From a virus: a DNA stretch of 64,000 bases. A program made the position numbers and the translations under genes. Shown one piece after another: positions 10,501-20,475 of the stretch (position 1 is the first letter of the stretch; every line of letters starts with the position of its first letter). The notes under the pieces were generated by a model, which saw nothing but the letters and a program-made list of their open reading frames with translations, did not search any database and had not been told where the DNA came from. Location of the stretch: IMG/VR virus record IMGVR_UViG_3300027924_001484, positions 4,166-68,165 of that record; one strand, written 5' to 3'.

Positions 10501-11432
10501 AGATCGATTGAAAAACTAAAACCATCCTTTGTTGTATATGTGTTGTCTACATCAATTGGATCTGTGTCGTTGACTCTGTCAGAGTCTGATAAGTCCAACA
10601 ATTCAAAACTGTAATTCTCCAATACAGCTCTAAGGTCAGAACAAAATTGAAGAAATAGCTTTGTGTTGGAATAAAATTGTTGGTTTGCCTTGCTAAACTG
10701 AAGAGACTTCTCAAAGAAGTTTGGCATCGACAAGAACTCGCCTCTTCCATAAATATCTGGAATCGTAGCGACGTTTCTAATGTTTAGGTTTTCTTTGGAA
10801 GACTCAAGTGCGCTAATGAATCTTTCATAAAAGTCCGTTGTCTTGGTTGTTCTTTGAAGCTCCTTGTTGAAGGATTGGTCTACGTCTACAAATGCTTCAT
10901 CAGCAACCTTGCTATTCCACTTTGAAAGAGAAGACAAGTTCCTAACCAGAGTTTCTCTTCTTACTTCTAACATTTGGTTTTGCAGTTGCATGTACAGTCC
11001 ACCATCAGTCAGGTGAACCTCTTGAGTTTTTCCTTTATATACAGGAACAAAGTCAGCCACAGCAATAATTTCTGGACGAAATGATGATACGCCATTTTTC
11101 TCAATGGCTTCAAACTGGTTGTTGTTGACAGATGTCTCTGTCATGTCAAGAATATCGTCAGAGTATCTTGAATTCGGGGGCTTGGTCTCTGTTGAGTTAC
11201 GCGAAGGGGGAACTACGATACTTACCACAGGTCTAGGTGTTGGCTGAACTACACGTACTGGCGGAGGAGGTGGGCTTATGACAAATTCGTTTGTTGTAAC
11301 AGGGCGACGAGGTATGTTTGGTCTGTTGCTTCTTCTAACAGCACGACGTACAGATACTGCCTGGACAATAAGATTGCCAGATAGTAGACCACCTATCGCT
11401 CTTCTTATCCTTCTTCTTCTGTTTCTTCCCAT
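7572..11432 (-). CDS. Large hypothetical (probable virion) protein
   Basis: 1286-aa ORF coupled to neighbours by TAATG overlaps; Arg/Pro-rich N terminus. Confidence 0.5.
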   Translation of the reverse strand: MGRNRRRRIRRAIGGLLSGNLIVQAVSVRRAVRRSNRPNIPRRPVTTNEFVISPPPPPVRVVQPTPRPVVSIVVPPSRNSTETKPPNSRYSDDILDMTETSVNNNQFEAIEKNGVSSFRPEIIAVADFVPVYKGKTQEVHLTDGGLYMQLQNQMLEVRRETLVRNLSSLSKWNSKVADEAFVDVDQSFNKELQRTTKTTDFYERFISALESSKENLNIRNVATIPDIYGRGEFLSMPNFFEKSLQFSKANQQFYSNTKLFLQFCSDLRAVLENYSFELLDLSDSDRVNDTDPIDVDNTYTTKDGFSFSIDLIRSLYTPQNASNSVIFNSTLSSLPHDPADRIKLLVTLLSKEYRVSKNLSNSGTSKVLLDKFSQENSGNPFDNITGIPGDTIFDSPTGANSLSSLAHVGLGSNAIVLPFEKKYVDTDTSGKTFVPGSSYFFDTILASSTATEFNTKPYVDFCDRFTDITNSATSMINTLLQLEDKNSSSRINPKVMIDSFLFSTKTSISGLLETKSINKDQGATLALIKLANTDSKLKNMLFQFVIFAGIASQTPTDQKKVFADLASELKTTSAISYARIIARLSVDLTDESKRGILQSYLQDLAQDIEDRVFLLVSGRAIPKRTVSTKLAALDSSYSSVANLGLVNFDLDRRVIFLDDGNIKTILMSMVVPSSNATTTILKEFLNIANELTIAANTNGVSSYLLPDGSGRTRYNFLSTSMQLLLMFEVISSLSEKFTFANFAKAKYANKILLEVDARSNHFMHESISQVLVGFSAAGQPPPPAPPVTKASSQQAYADAWNASLLATKAAYEANLPQNRLSNYQTTENARLAAALTAPVKLQTPPGPEHIELKNSLTIIISKITNENEVISKFLKLINQFNGQLRNGKTILLNTFNSTTLQNFLVENSVVDLNVIKNPSQLRTSTYLFRELTSGVSSETSTTNENSKFEKLIIDDNPIQEKLMMLSSLLKEPQYGIDSRADERLRIISVGIPAGMSKKLSERIQLSKINRESFFDRQSDVIKIKIYKRDSRFGDIVFKPKTFLFDLSLFQSTQEIKRIQPRDGESFEQLLGRDRLSDLQVPKKNVTSTLETLKTNSTYSFLADSQKTSLFYNHVQSYLLETYLMLMTGMKLREETFTTDDIGDYGLALNAKLESALKSYIQNTYSENVGNLSMQQVLSSETISQEAKDVANLFTYGSKKFEPSIMRKQVVGPKLFDRIFHIPMSTEGFEIDFELTRATDSGRQALVQNFIQEKISETEDGKTLFQSTQQLDDVVFADFFASIETDF

Positions 11433-13918
11433 TACACAATCACCTGGTTGGTTTTCAACTCTACTCCACGCGTGTAATCAAAATACACAGGAACTATAAA
11501 ATATGTTAGTCCACCGGATTCTTTGTTGTCGAGCGAATCAATAAATTGAAAATAGTTTGTTGTTGAAATGTTATGCGTCTTTCCTACAATGGTCTTCATA
11601 CCAAGTATATCTAGTATGATGATAAAGTGGTCTATTAGATTTGCGTCACCTTGAATTTTCCACTGCACCAGCACAGAGTTTCTGCCGTTTAGATATTTTG
11701 CTTTTCCATCAAACAAGGCAGGCAACACCGCAGCTAGAGAAACAGTTTTTTCTTGATAGTCTGCCACTGTTCCAAATGTAAATGTTCTTGCAGCATGGTT
11801 TCTCTTTAGAGAGTTTGTCGTAATTAAACTTCCATCTTCTGCTGTTATTGGATGAGTCCATTCAGAAGGCTTGTATGTGTATGGAAGATTGATGTTGTCT
11901 TCGTTTGTTCTTACAAGCGTAGGTAAAACAGACTCAATATTTCTTGCATATGCAGTAGCCATGTATTTGTATTCGTTGCCTTCTTTCAAAGAGCTGACTC
12001 CATTATAAGCTCCTGCTACAACATCTGAAAATTCTTCATCGTTATCTAGAATTCCATAGTCTTCTATTTCACCAGTAGTTAGGTTTTGTCTTTTGATGCC
12101 AATGGCAAATAAGTTTCCTAGCTTCTCTCTGTTGTCTACGATGTCCTCTTGGAACTCTCCCAAGAATCCTTGCTTTGTCAAAAAATTCTTTACTTGGTCT
12201 GCTGAGTTCTGTATTATCTTTTTGTTGATTGAAAACGTTACATTCAGTTCGTTCCCGCCAGACCGTGCAATGTCTGCTGGACCAAGTTCAAGTGTAATTA
12301 TGTTGTTTGTGATTGGTGCAAATTTTACAACATGTGGAACGCTTGACAAAACAGAAGTTCCTGTTCTATACAGAAGCTTTACCACATATTCGAATATATG
12401 GTTTCGTTGAAGAGAGATGTCTTGAATTACAATTGCGGAACTATCAATTGAGTCTAGAAGAATAGGTGTTCCAATCCTTGTGTAGCTAGACTCCTTTAGG
12501 CTTAGGTTCTTTCTGAGAAGTTCAAATGAAATGGCATCAGCAGGAAAGTTGTTAACTTGTAGAACAATTTTCTCAGGAGCTACAGTACTTGAAATTGAAA
12601 CAAAATTTGGAACTATGTTGATAGCATGAGTTGTTGCAACTTGCCCTCTGTCCGCTTCAACAACTACGGAAGAAAACTCTGACCCGACCGTTCCATTTGA
12701 GTTTACAGAAACAGCCCTGTAGATTACAGGTGTGATAGAGTTTACTTCATCTTTCATGTACACAAACCCATTTTTTGGCGTGCAGTTTACTTGTCCAACT
12801 AGTGAATAGGAAGCATTTTGCATTGCTTCATGACTTGAGAAAACCTTCTTGTATACCTTTATTGCAGTACCATTTGGATCAACTTGCTTCAGATTTAGAG
12901 TAATCTCTCCCTGTATAGCTTTCTGTGGCGCTACTATTACAGGTGGCTCATTTGGAATTTTCCAAGTTGAAACCTGTTTGCTGTGGTTTACAAGACCAGA
13001 TACTGTCTGTAGGATAAGTCCCTTGTTGTTCTTGATTCTAAATACAAAGTAGAACTCGCCTGCATCAATATATGAAACTGGGATTGTAAAATCTTCTTGC
13101 ACAATTATGCTTGTTGTACTTTCTTCTACTGGTACATTTTGAATCTCTGAGTCTCCAAGACCACTACTTGATTCTCTTCTCGTTGTGGTAAGAAGACTAT
13201 CTGTCAGAATGTTGTATTCGCTAAAGGTCCTTGTAACATTCTTGGCAATTGTACCAAAGAACGAATTTTTTGCTGGGATTATTGTGTTTGACTTACCACC
13301 AACAAATGAGGCAGGATCAACTTTCTTTTGGAACAAAAGACTAATAGCTTTCTGTTTCAATCCAAGGGAGTTAGCAATTATGGTATTTGAAAGAATCGGA
13401 TTGGTATTGATTTCCAATACAGGCATCTTTGTGTTGCTATTTGTAAGTCCAGAAACTTGTTGAGGCTTTATAGACAAGACTCTTTTCAAGACTGTCTGAG
13501 AGTTTTCAAGCTGTAGGTTGGAGTTTGTTTTAAACAAAGCAACACTGCTATTAGAGATGAATCTTGTAATATCGCTTGTAATCTTTGGAACAAAGACTGA
13601 GTTGTCGTTTGTTGCATTGGCACTTCGAGCTCTATCTTTAAGGCGCTGGTTTCTTAGTTGAATTCCTAAGATAGATTCTTCTGGGTTGAATCTGTCAAAA
13701 ATTTTCTGACTCTGTACTACGAATGGAGTAGGAGATACAAAGATTTCGGTAGTGATAGCCTTGTTTCTAAACGCCTTTTCAGGATTCACTATGTATTCTA
13801 TTTTATAGTGAAAGTTCCTTTCGGCTAAGCTTGTATCGTCAGAATCTATCTTGTATAGACTAGCAAAGTCATCAGCCACAGCAATGATGTTCTGTTCTCT
13901 TTTGATATAGGCACGCAT
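11432..13918 (-). CDS. Probable virion protein with Ig/FN3-like repeats
   Basis: Beta-rich; IKVYKK...YRAVSVNSNG, YKYMATAY, YFIVPVYFD FN3-like strands. Confidence 0.5.
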   Translation of the reverse strand: MRAYIKREQNIIAVADDFASLYKIDSDDTSLAERNFHYKIEYIVNPEKAFRNKAITTEIFVSPTPFVVQSQKIFDRFNPEESILGIQLRNQRLKDRARSANATNDNSVFVPKITSDITRFISNSSVALFKTNSNLQLENSQTVLKRVLSIKPQQVSGLTNSNTKMPVLEINTNPILSNTIIANSLGLKQKAISLLFQKKVDPASFVGGKSNTIIPAKNSFFGTIAKNVTRTFSEYNILTDSLLTTTRRESSSGLGDSEIQNVPVEESTTSIIVQEDFTIPVSYIDAGEFYFVFRIKNNKGLILQTVSGLVNHSKQVSTWKIPNEPPVIVAPQKAIQGEITLNLKQVDPNGTAIKVYKKVFSSHEAMQNASYSLVGQVNCTPKNGFVYMKDEVNSITPVIYRAVSVNSNGTVGSEFSSVVVEADRGQVATTHAINIVPNFVSISSTVAPEKIVLQVNNFPADAISFELLRKNLSLKESSYTRIGTPILLDSIDSSAIVIQDISLQRNHIFEYVVKLLYRTGTSVLSSVPHVVKFAPITNNIITLELGPADIARSGGNELNVTFSINKKIIQNSADQVKNFLTKQGFLGEFQEDIVDNREKLGNLFAIGIKRQNLTTGEIEDYGILDNDEEFSDVVAGAYNGVSSLKEGNEYKYMATAYARNIESVLPTLVRTNEDNINLPYTYKPSEWTHPITAEDGSLITTNSLKRNHAARTFTFGTVADYQEKTVSLAAVLPALFDGKAKYLNGRNSVLVQWKIQGDANLIDHFIIILDILGMKTIVGKTHNISTTNYFQFIDSLDNKESGGLTYFIVPVYFDYTRGVELKTNQVIV

Positions 13919-13928
13919 AGTGTACTTC

Positions 13929-13935
13929 TAATTAT
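13929..13935 (-). promoter_or_regulatory. Putative late promoter element ATAATTA
   Basis: GTTGCCTTTGCA-ATAATTA, 10 nt before ATG 13918. Confidence 0.5.
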
Positions 13936-13951
13936 TGCAAAGGCAACTTTA

Positions 13952-14902
13952 TTAGTTTTCAAAAACCAAAGTAAAAATATTGACAAAGGTTTCGCTTCCT
14001 TGAGAATCGGTGTAGACTTTGCCTGCAAAAAGCACATGCTTGGTTCCAGAGTCGGTTGCAAACTGTCCAAAGTCAATTACTTCAAGCTTAGCAATTTCTC
14101 CATTTGATAGCTCAAACATTTGGCAAAATACATTGTTTTCTTTTGATGTCTCTGTGAAGTTTATTACGGTTCCATAACCCTTAGAGTACATGTCGTTTAG
14201 CATTTCTTCTACATGCTCATAGGTTTCCATTGACTCCTGGTTTAGATTCACAAAGTTTCCAAGAGAAGTATATTGCTTGATTCCAGATTCTGATGAAGAG
14301 TTCACTGGTGGCATGAAGGCAAAGTTTGGAATGTGTGAAAGCTTCTTGTCATAGAAAAGACTCTCAATATTATCAACACAAGCCTGTTTGATTCCACCTT
14401 CAGGTGTTGGGTTAGTCGGTGTTATTGAAAAGGAAACTTCTTTAGGACCAATTAGGAATTGTTTCTCTTGTTCGTTCAAAGGATCTGGACTTTTCAAAAT
14501 GTACAGATCCTTGAAGTTGTCAATGGAACTGCTGATGGTTGAAGCAGCCATGGAGGTGAATTGCGACGCCGTGACGGGGGTTATATCGTTTCCATTGGAC
14601 GAAGACAGTATTTGCCCTTGCCTAATTGGAAAGCGGCTAGAATCGCTTATGACGAATGTTTCTAGTAGTCCCTGTTCATTTGAGGAAATTGTTATTTGAT
14701 CTTGTACTCTGTTGGTTGCCTCAAGAACAAATCTGTTGACTGCTTGCAAACCTCCAGATACTATAGTGTCCGAGTCATAGATTGCGCTAGAATCTGTGAA
14801 AGACACAAACGTAGCCTTGAGTCCACCCTCTGCAAGTTGGCTTCTGCCTTCTTGAGTTAGAATGGTGTCAATGATTCTCTCTTTGCCAAATAATATTCCC
14901 AT
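13952..14902 (-). CDS. Virion structural protein, N terminus paralogous to 5028..5741
   Basis: MGILFGKERIIDTILTQEGRSQLA versus MGFLNHSTNNIILDCVLTDKGREALA. Confidence 0.55.
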   Translation of the reverse strand: MGILFGKERIIDTILTQEGRSQLAEGGLKATFVSFTDSSAIYDSDTIVSGGLQAVNRFVLEATNRVQDQITISSNEQGLLETFVISDSSRFPIRQGQILSSSNGNDITPVTASQFTSMAASTISSSIDNFKDLYILKSPDPLNEQEKQFLIGPKEVSFSITPTNPTPEGGIKQACVDNIESLFYDKKLSHIPNFAFMPPVNSSSESGIKQYTSLGNFVNLNQESMETYEHVEEMLNDMYSKGYGTVINFTETSKENNVFCQMFELSNGEIAKLEVIDFGQFATDSGTKHVLFAGKVYTDSQGSETFVNIFTLVFEN

Positions 14903-17379
14903 TATTCCGTTAGTCCAATCTGGTCATCAAAAAATGGTTGTCCAGACTTGTATTCAAAGTCATAGATTCCAGAATCTTTTTTGTTGAAAGATACTTCTGC
15001 TGAAGCAGTTAGGTAAGTTTTTGCTCGGTCGTAAGTTGTTGTGCCAGAAACGAAAGTAACTAGAACTGCTGCTTGAGTTGTAGTATGAGCACCAGTCTCT
15101 CCATCAGTTAGATAAAACTTTCCGCTTGGTCTTTGTTCTAGCATGTCTCTTGGCTGACCAAATTTGTCACGTCTAAATACGCACTTGGTTTGTGTAGGAA
15201 CTACATTCTCAATTCCATATCTGAATCCATTTGGTCTTGGTCCGATGAAACGTGCAAATTCAAACTGATTGTCGTCAACAATAAACTTTGTGTCAGCAAA
15301 TCTAACGGAAATGTTTGGAAGGAAAGTAAGCTCATTTGGTATAAAGTCGCCAGGTATGGTTACTGGTGCGCCTGTACCAAATCCAAAGAAGGTTTTAAGA
15401 CTGTCTGCATTTGTGCTACGAACATACTTGGAACTAGGAGCTGTACCAGAGCCACCCTTACTAATAGTGTCTCCTGTGTTTACAAAACCATTAAAGTCAG
15501 AACCAGAAAGCCACGTGTATCCAGTACTCTCGATGTCAACAACTCTTCCAATGATATTTTTCGTTAGTTCGTATGGTGCACCAGCAACTATATAGTCACC
15601 AGTAGTAGGCCAGTTTTTATCTGGGTCTTCCCATACTGCTGCACTTGTTATTGTGTTATACTGCAAACTGCTATTGTTTGGACTTTCGGTTACAATTTCC
15701 CATCCAACCGATGGGGCATATGCTTGAATCATTCCACCATCACCGACGAGATAGAAAATATACTCATACCCACCAGTTTCAGATGTTGTAGACCGTGCAG
15801 AACCTCTGAAGGTTCCGGTGTAGCCACCAGCTGCCGTGCTTGGAGTCCAGTTGACACCACCATCAGAACTTATTAGTATTTTACCATTTTCTCCAGCTGC
15901 AACAATAAGTCCATATAGCGTAACTGTTGAATAGTGGCAACAAACCGTGTATAAGTTGTCTACAAATCCACCTGGTTGACTTCTGTCATTCCATGCTATC
16001 GTAGGATTTGATGTGGCTGAATGATATATTGTTCCGTTATCTCCAACAGCAACAAACCAGTCATATTTTGGACTATAGTCTACAGCTCTGAAAGTTTCAG
16101 CTCCATAAGGTGAAGAGGCTGCTCTTGTCCATGTACCAGTGCCAGTATAGTCTGCACTATATTGAACTTCCCCTCCAGAGCCAACTGCAACAAACCTACT
16201 GCTTCCGTTGTTTGGTGCAATGAATGTCATGTCATGTGCTACGCCATAAAATGTACCAGCATAGCTTGACCCAGCAGCAGCCACTCCATCATTTATTCCA
16301 TTGGTGAAGTCGCTGGTATCTCCAATGTGAATACGTCCACCTTCTCCAACTATTACCCAGGCGCCAAATCTTGTTTGAAACAGAGAGTTTAGTCCTCTTG
16401 AACTTGCAGCATCATAATAATTGAAAGTTTGCGCTTCCTGAACTACAAACCATCCATCCGTTCCTTCTTCTCTTCTAATTACAATGCCATCGTCTCCAAC
16501 AAGAATTTGTTGAGCAGCATATGCAGAACCTGCTGAACGAAAATCTGTTGCATGAGAACCATTGAAACTCGCAGTTAGAGAAACCGTACTTATTGGATAC
16601 GTCATTTCTGTAAAAGGAGCAACAGTAAAGCCATCAATGTATTCTCCCTCATAGATTGCGTTTGTTATGCCAGTTGTAGTCTGATCTGAAACATAGTATA
16701 CGGTACCAACTGTGTCAGACTGTGATACAGGACTTATGGTAGCTCCTGTGGACAAGTCTACTTCTGCATTGAGTTTCTCTGACAGAGAGAACCCATTGTT
16801 AAAAGTTCTAGGGATATTTTTGTATTTTGCCTGGAATGGAAAGGGATTTGCTAGCCAAGAAGTATCAATTGCATCTGCAACTGCCCCAAGCCCAGCAGGC
16901 ACAGAGTTTCCAAACAAAATTGGAATATCTGTTGGTGATGCTGCTGGTAAGTTATAGTTTGTAGAACTTTCTAGTGTGCCAGAAATCCCAGGAAGAATAG
17001 TATACTTGATGCCATTTGCTTTGCCAATGTTTAGTGGGCTTGGTAAAAAGCTATCAAAAAAGTGCTCTCCTTGAGTTCCAATAGACATGAATCCATTTGA
17101 AGTTCTACTACCACCATAGGCTATGTCTTCTTGATACTTTGCTCTTTCCGAATACAAAATGTTTCTTTTGCGGAAAGTTTCAGTTGTAGATTCATCAGCC
17201 TTAGACCAAATTCTGGTTCTTTGGAACTGATCAATTGACTCCGTTACAACAGAGCTTGATAGGTCAATAATATATGCCTCGGGATTATTGGTTAAGGTAT
17301 TGCCATAGTAAACACTATCAAGAAATGATCCTGTGTATTCTTGAAGTCCACTGATTTGAAACTGGTCTAGAATTGCCAT
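14902..17379 (-). CDS. Virion protein with Ycf48/BNR-like beta-propeller
   Basis: Repeated ILVGDDGIV, VIVGEGGRI, VAVGSGGEV, VAVGDNGTI, AAGENGKILISSDGGVNW, LVGDGGMI blades. Confidence 0.7.
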   Translation of the reverse strand: MAILDQFQISGLQEYTGSFLDSVYYGNTLTNNPEAYIIDLSSSVVTESIDQFQRTRIWSKADESTTETFRKRNILYSERAKYQEDIAYGGSRTSNGFMSIGTQGEHFFDSFLPSPLNIGKANGIKYTILPGISGTLESSTNYNLPAASPTDIPILFGNSVPAGLGAVADAIDTSWLANPFPFQAKYKNIPRTFNNGFSLSEKLNAEVDLSTGATISPVSQSDTVGTVYYVSDQTTTGITNAIYEGEYIDGFTVAPFTEMTYPISTVSLTASFNGSHATDFRSAGSAYAAQQILVGDDGIVIRREEGTDGWFVVQEAQTFNYYDAASSRGLNSLFQTRFGAWVIVGEGGRIHIGDTSDFTNGINDGVAAAGSSYAGTFYGVAHDMTFIAPNNGSSRFVAVGSGGEVQYSADYTGTGTWTRAASSPYGAETFRAVDYSPKYDWFVAVGDNGTIYHSATSNPTIAWNDRSQPGGFVDNLYTVCCHYSTVTLYGLIVAAGENGKILISSDGGVNWTPSTAAGGYTGTFRGSARSTTSETGGYEYIFYLVGDGGMIQAYAPSVGWEIVTESPNNSSLQYNTITSAAVWEDPDKNWPTTGDYIVAGAPYELTKNIIGRVVDIESTGYTWLSGSDFNGFVNTGDTISKGGSGTAPSSKYVRSTNADSLKTFFGFGTGAPVTIPGDFIPNELTFLPNISVRFADTKFIVDDNQFEFARFIGPRPNGFRYGIENVVPTQTKCVFRRDKFGQPRDMLEQRPSGKFYLTDGETGAHTTTQAAVLVTFVSGTTTYDRAKTYLTASAEVSFNKKDSGIYDFEYKSGQPFFDDQIGLTE

Positions 17380-17385
17380 GATATG

Positions 17386-19542
17386 TTATTCTCCAATGAT
17401 CCCACGAATAGCTCCTGTAGACACTACGGCTTCATCTATGTGTGTTTCCATTCCATCGGACACATATGAACCATAGAATACTACTTTGCCTGGACCATCA
17501 AAGCTCATTTGACAAATATCAACAAGCCTATTTGATCCAGATGCTGGGATACTAAGACCAGTCCAAGAGTTGAAATGTTGTCTGTTTTCTGCCGAAGAAA
17601 TCTGATCTCTTTTATTTCCAACATTTTGAACCACTGGAAGCTGCCAACCAAATACCAATTCATCTCCTGGAAACAACAGATATGGATTTGTGTTAGAAAA
17701 TTCAATCGGCTCAAAGACACCCTTGCCAGAAAATGCCGAGTTCGTATCTATTCTTCCACCATACAATAAGTTGTTTACTGGTCCATTGTTCAGCTTGATT
17801 TCAGATGCATTCCTAAAATCAATTTTTTGTCTCCTGTTTGAAAGAAGTTCAAAGCCCAGACCATTAGAACCTCCAAATTCAAATGAAGTAAAGTTGTTTG
17901 GTATAAATGCTGATATTCCATTATTGGTGAATGGTGAATTGGTGTTAATTTGAACAACAATGTTTGGGCTTCTCACTGGAATGTTTGCTGAAATATTTCT
18001 AGTCCAACTTAGTTCAGCTATAGAAGAAGAAATCGACGAAGACAACTCTATGTTTAAATCTCTAGAAATATTTGACAAAATATCAAACGTTTGAGTTTGA
18101 GTTCCTGGGGTTCCAAAAAATTCATTAGTACCAATATTCACCGGGGTGAAAACATAAGATGATAGTCCAACTGTTGCCCCTCCTATTTGGCTATTGATAA
18201 GTGCCCAGGCGGCAGCACTTTCTAGAATATCTGTGTACCATGTTATCTCTTCTGTCGGTCTATCTGTGATATCATTTGTGTAGCAAGAAATTCCTGCAAA
18301 TGTAACCAAGTCTCGTGTTGAGTTAACAAATTGTGGTGATGAGTCAGCACTTAATTTCACCATACTAGGACTTTGAAAGTGGAGATCTCGGGGAGCGTCT
18401 GATGAGTAATTTTCTGATCTGACTGAAAATCTTGAGTTGTTTTTTTGATTCAAGATAAAGAAATTATTAATCACAGCAGGAAGTACAGAGCTGGTGATAG
18501 AGTAATATCCGCCCGTGTCTATAGAATCAAACATGGTGAACTGGGCACCAGATATTTCCAAGACGATTTTCTCAAGAAGAAATGGCGCTGAAATATAATC
18601 GGACATTCTCAAAAGTTGAGAACTGGTTGCATGAAACTTTCCTGCATATGGAAAACCATAGGAGTCCGTAGGCTGCCCAGCAGCACGTTGTCCTAAGATA
18701 TCTTTTCTAGGAAAATCTGAAGCAAGAAAATATTCTGCATATTCTTCTTGTTGCGCAGCCGTAGCAATTGGTGGTGCGACTGTTGAACTTGTAAGCTGAT
18801 TGACAATTTTTGGTGCTAGATTTAGTATGCCTGGATTGAACCCAATCATAGCATAATCTAGTGACTCTAACCAAGCTACACTCTGATCGTTCCAGAAGTT
18901 GGTGCTGTCAAGAGCAGCACTTACTTCATTGTTTGATTGAAGCGCCCACCCTGTTCCAATGCCTTCCCATATTCTTGTATCAAAGTTGAAGTAAGCCATT
19001 GGATATGATGCTCCACTCACATATCCAAAAGGTCCAAGACCACTTCCATTTGTATCTGTTGCAGAGCTTTGTGAAATGACAGACTTGAACGAACAAGGGT
19101 TTGATGAAATATCAATTTCAATCTTAGTCTTTGACCAAAGTGGCTGAGAGAAACCGGCACCAACATCTTCAACTGTAGAACCCTCAGAGAAAAATGTAGT
19201 GTTGGTGCTCTTGCCGTCAACTGCTGGGTTGTTGTTATCTCTGTATGGCTGAACCAGTTCATTCAATCCTGTCGAAGTGCCAGATAGAATTGTCCATGTA
19301 TCTGAAATACTAGAAACAACATTGCCTGGAGCACTGAGCGAAGAGCTAAGTTCTGTAGTTAGAAATCTACTTTCAGCAGGAAGTTTGGAACCATAATTCA
19401 AGTCAACAGACTCAGAAAACACAATCGTTGAATTCGCATCATTGTAAATTCCTCCAGACAATTGAGTTTGTGAATCGGATTCATTGAGTTGAATTTTTGG
19501 GGGCAACCCACGAATTCTTGATTTTTTAGTTGTTGTAGCCAC
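17386..19542 (-). CDS. Probable virion structural protein
   Basis: 718 aa, Ser/Thr/Gly-rich, in tail module; GTG start. Confidence 0.5.
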   Translation of the reverse strand: MATTTKKSRIRGLPPKIQLNESDSQTQLSGGIYNDANSTIVFSESVDLNYGSKLPAESRFLTTELSSSLSAPGNVVSSISDTWTILSGTSTGLNELVQPYRDNNNPAVDGKSTNTTFFSEGSTVEDVGAGFSQPLWSKTKIEIDISSNPCSFKSVISQSSATDTNGSGLGPFGYVSGASYPMAYFNFDTRIWEGIGTGWALQSNNEVSAALDSTNFWNDQSVAWLESLDYAMIGFNPGILNLAPKIVNQLTSSTVAPPIATAAQQEEYAEYFLASDFPRKDILGQRAAGQPTDSYGFPYAGKFHATSSQLLRMSDYISAPFLLEKIVLEISGAQFTMFDSIDTGGYYSITSSVLPAVINNFFILNQKNNSRFSVRSENYSSDAPRDLHFQSPSMVKLSADSSPQFVNSTRDLVTFAGISCYTNDITDRPTEEITWYTDILESAAAWALINSQIGGATVGLSSYVFTPVNIGTNEFFGTPGTQTQTFDILSNISRDLNIELSSSISSSIAELSWTRNISANIPVRSPNIVVQINTNSPFTNNGISAFIPNNFTSFEFGGSNGLGFELLSNRRQKIDFRNASEIKLNNGPVNNLLYGGRIDTNSAFSGKGVFEPIEFSNTNPYLLFPGDELVFGWQLPVVQNVGNKRDQISSAENRQHFNSWTGLSIPASGSNRLVDICQMSFDGPGKVVFYGSYVSDGMETHIDEAVVSTGAIRGIIGE

Positions 19543-19548
19543 TTGGTG

Positions 19549-19555
19549 TAATTAT
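19549..19555 (-). promoter_or_regulatory. Putative late promoter element ATAATTA
   Basis: 6 nt before GTG 19542; no SD visible. Confidence 0.5.
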
Positions 19556-19589
19556 TCAGGCTTTTAGTTTCTTTGTTTGAATTGCCCAA

Positions 19590-20441
19590 CTAACTTCCTC
19601 TATAGGTTCCAGAGTATGCAATCGAATCTGTTCCATAGCGTGACTGTCCTGGTCCATATACATCTGAACCTGCTGGGGCAGATTTTTGTGTGAATGAACC
19701 CCTTATGTCTTCACTTAAATCATAATCAAGTAACTTGAGTGCTGCCAACATCTCTTCGTTGGTTGTACGGACTTGCTTTACAATTTCTTCATCAAGGGTA
19801 TCATTATAGGCACTCAAACTTGTTTTGATAATTGGCACAAATCCTTCAACTAAAATTCCACCAATGTCTTCTGAACCTTCGTCAAGAAAAAAATCTGGCA
19901 CTGGTGATGGTTCATAGTCAAGGAACTGTCTTGTTCTTGAATTTCCTTCTCCTAAAATAACTGATGGATTTCCATCTTCAAGATTCCCATGAAAGCCTCT
20001 GGCTTCATATTGCGAAGTGAAAGTTCCATCGGACTTGTATGGAATTGTCAACGGTTGCAAAGAAGCAATTTTACCTTGTTGAGGACCTTCATTGAGCAAG
20101 ATTGGATAGTAGGCATCGGGGCTATTCATAAATCCCACCGTATCAAAATCAATCTTGTCGACAAACAATGAACTTCTTGTATCTCTAGTGAAGTCGTTTT
20201 GTTGACCAAAAGTAATCACGTCAACATAGTGGCACTCAGAATTTGTACCAATTTTAGGCTGCATTCCAATGTACTTGTGTTTAGATGTTTTTATGGAAAC
20301 GCCTTGCCTATATGGATCAACGGGGTTTGTATCAATACCCTGTTTCGCAAGTGTAAACTTTGCAACACTCTGCTGCTCACTAGGTTGGTTAGTGTCATTG
20401 AATGGAGTAGAGTCTTGTGTGTCTTCGGCTTCACATATCAT
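19590..20441 (-). CDS. Hypothetical virion-associated protein
   Basis: 283-aa acidic ORF in the structural module, ending YGTDSIAYSG. Confidence 0.5.
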   Translation of the reverse strand: MICEAEDTQDSTPFNDTNQPSEQQSVAKFTLAKQGIDTNPVDPYRQGVSIKTSKHKYIGMQPKIGTNSECHYVDVITFGQQNDFTRDTRSSLFVDKIDFDTVGFMNSPDAYYPILLNEGPQQGKIASLQPLTIPYKSDGTFTSQYEARGFHGNLEDGNPSVILGEGNSRTRQFLDYEPSPVPDFFLDEGSEDIGGILVEGFVPIIKTSLSAYNDTLDEEIVKQVRTTNEEMLAALKLLDYDLSEDIRGSFTQKSAPAGSDVYGPGQSRYGTDSIAYSGTYRGS

Positions 20442-20475
20442 AGTTTAGCTACTTTCAAAAGAGGCAACGGAATAT

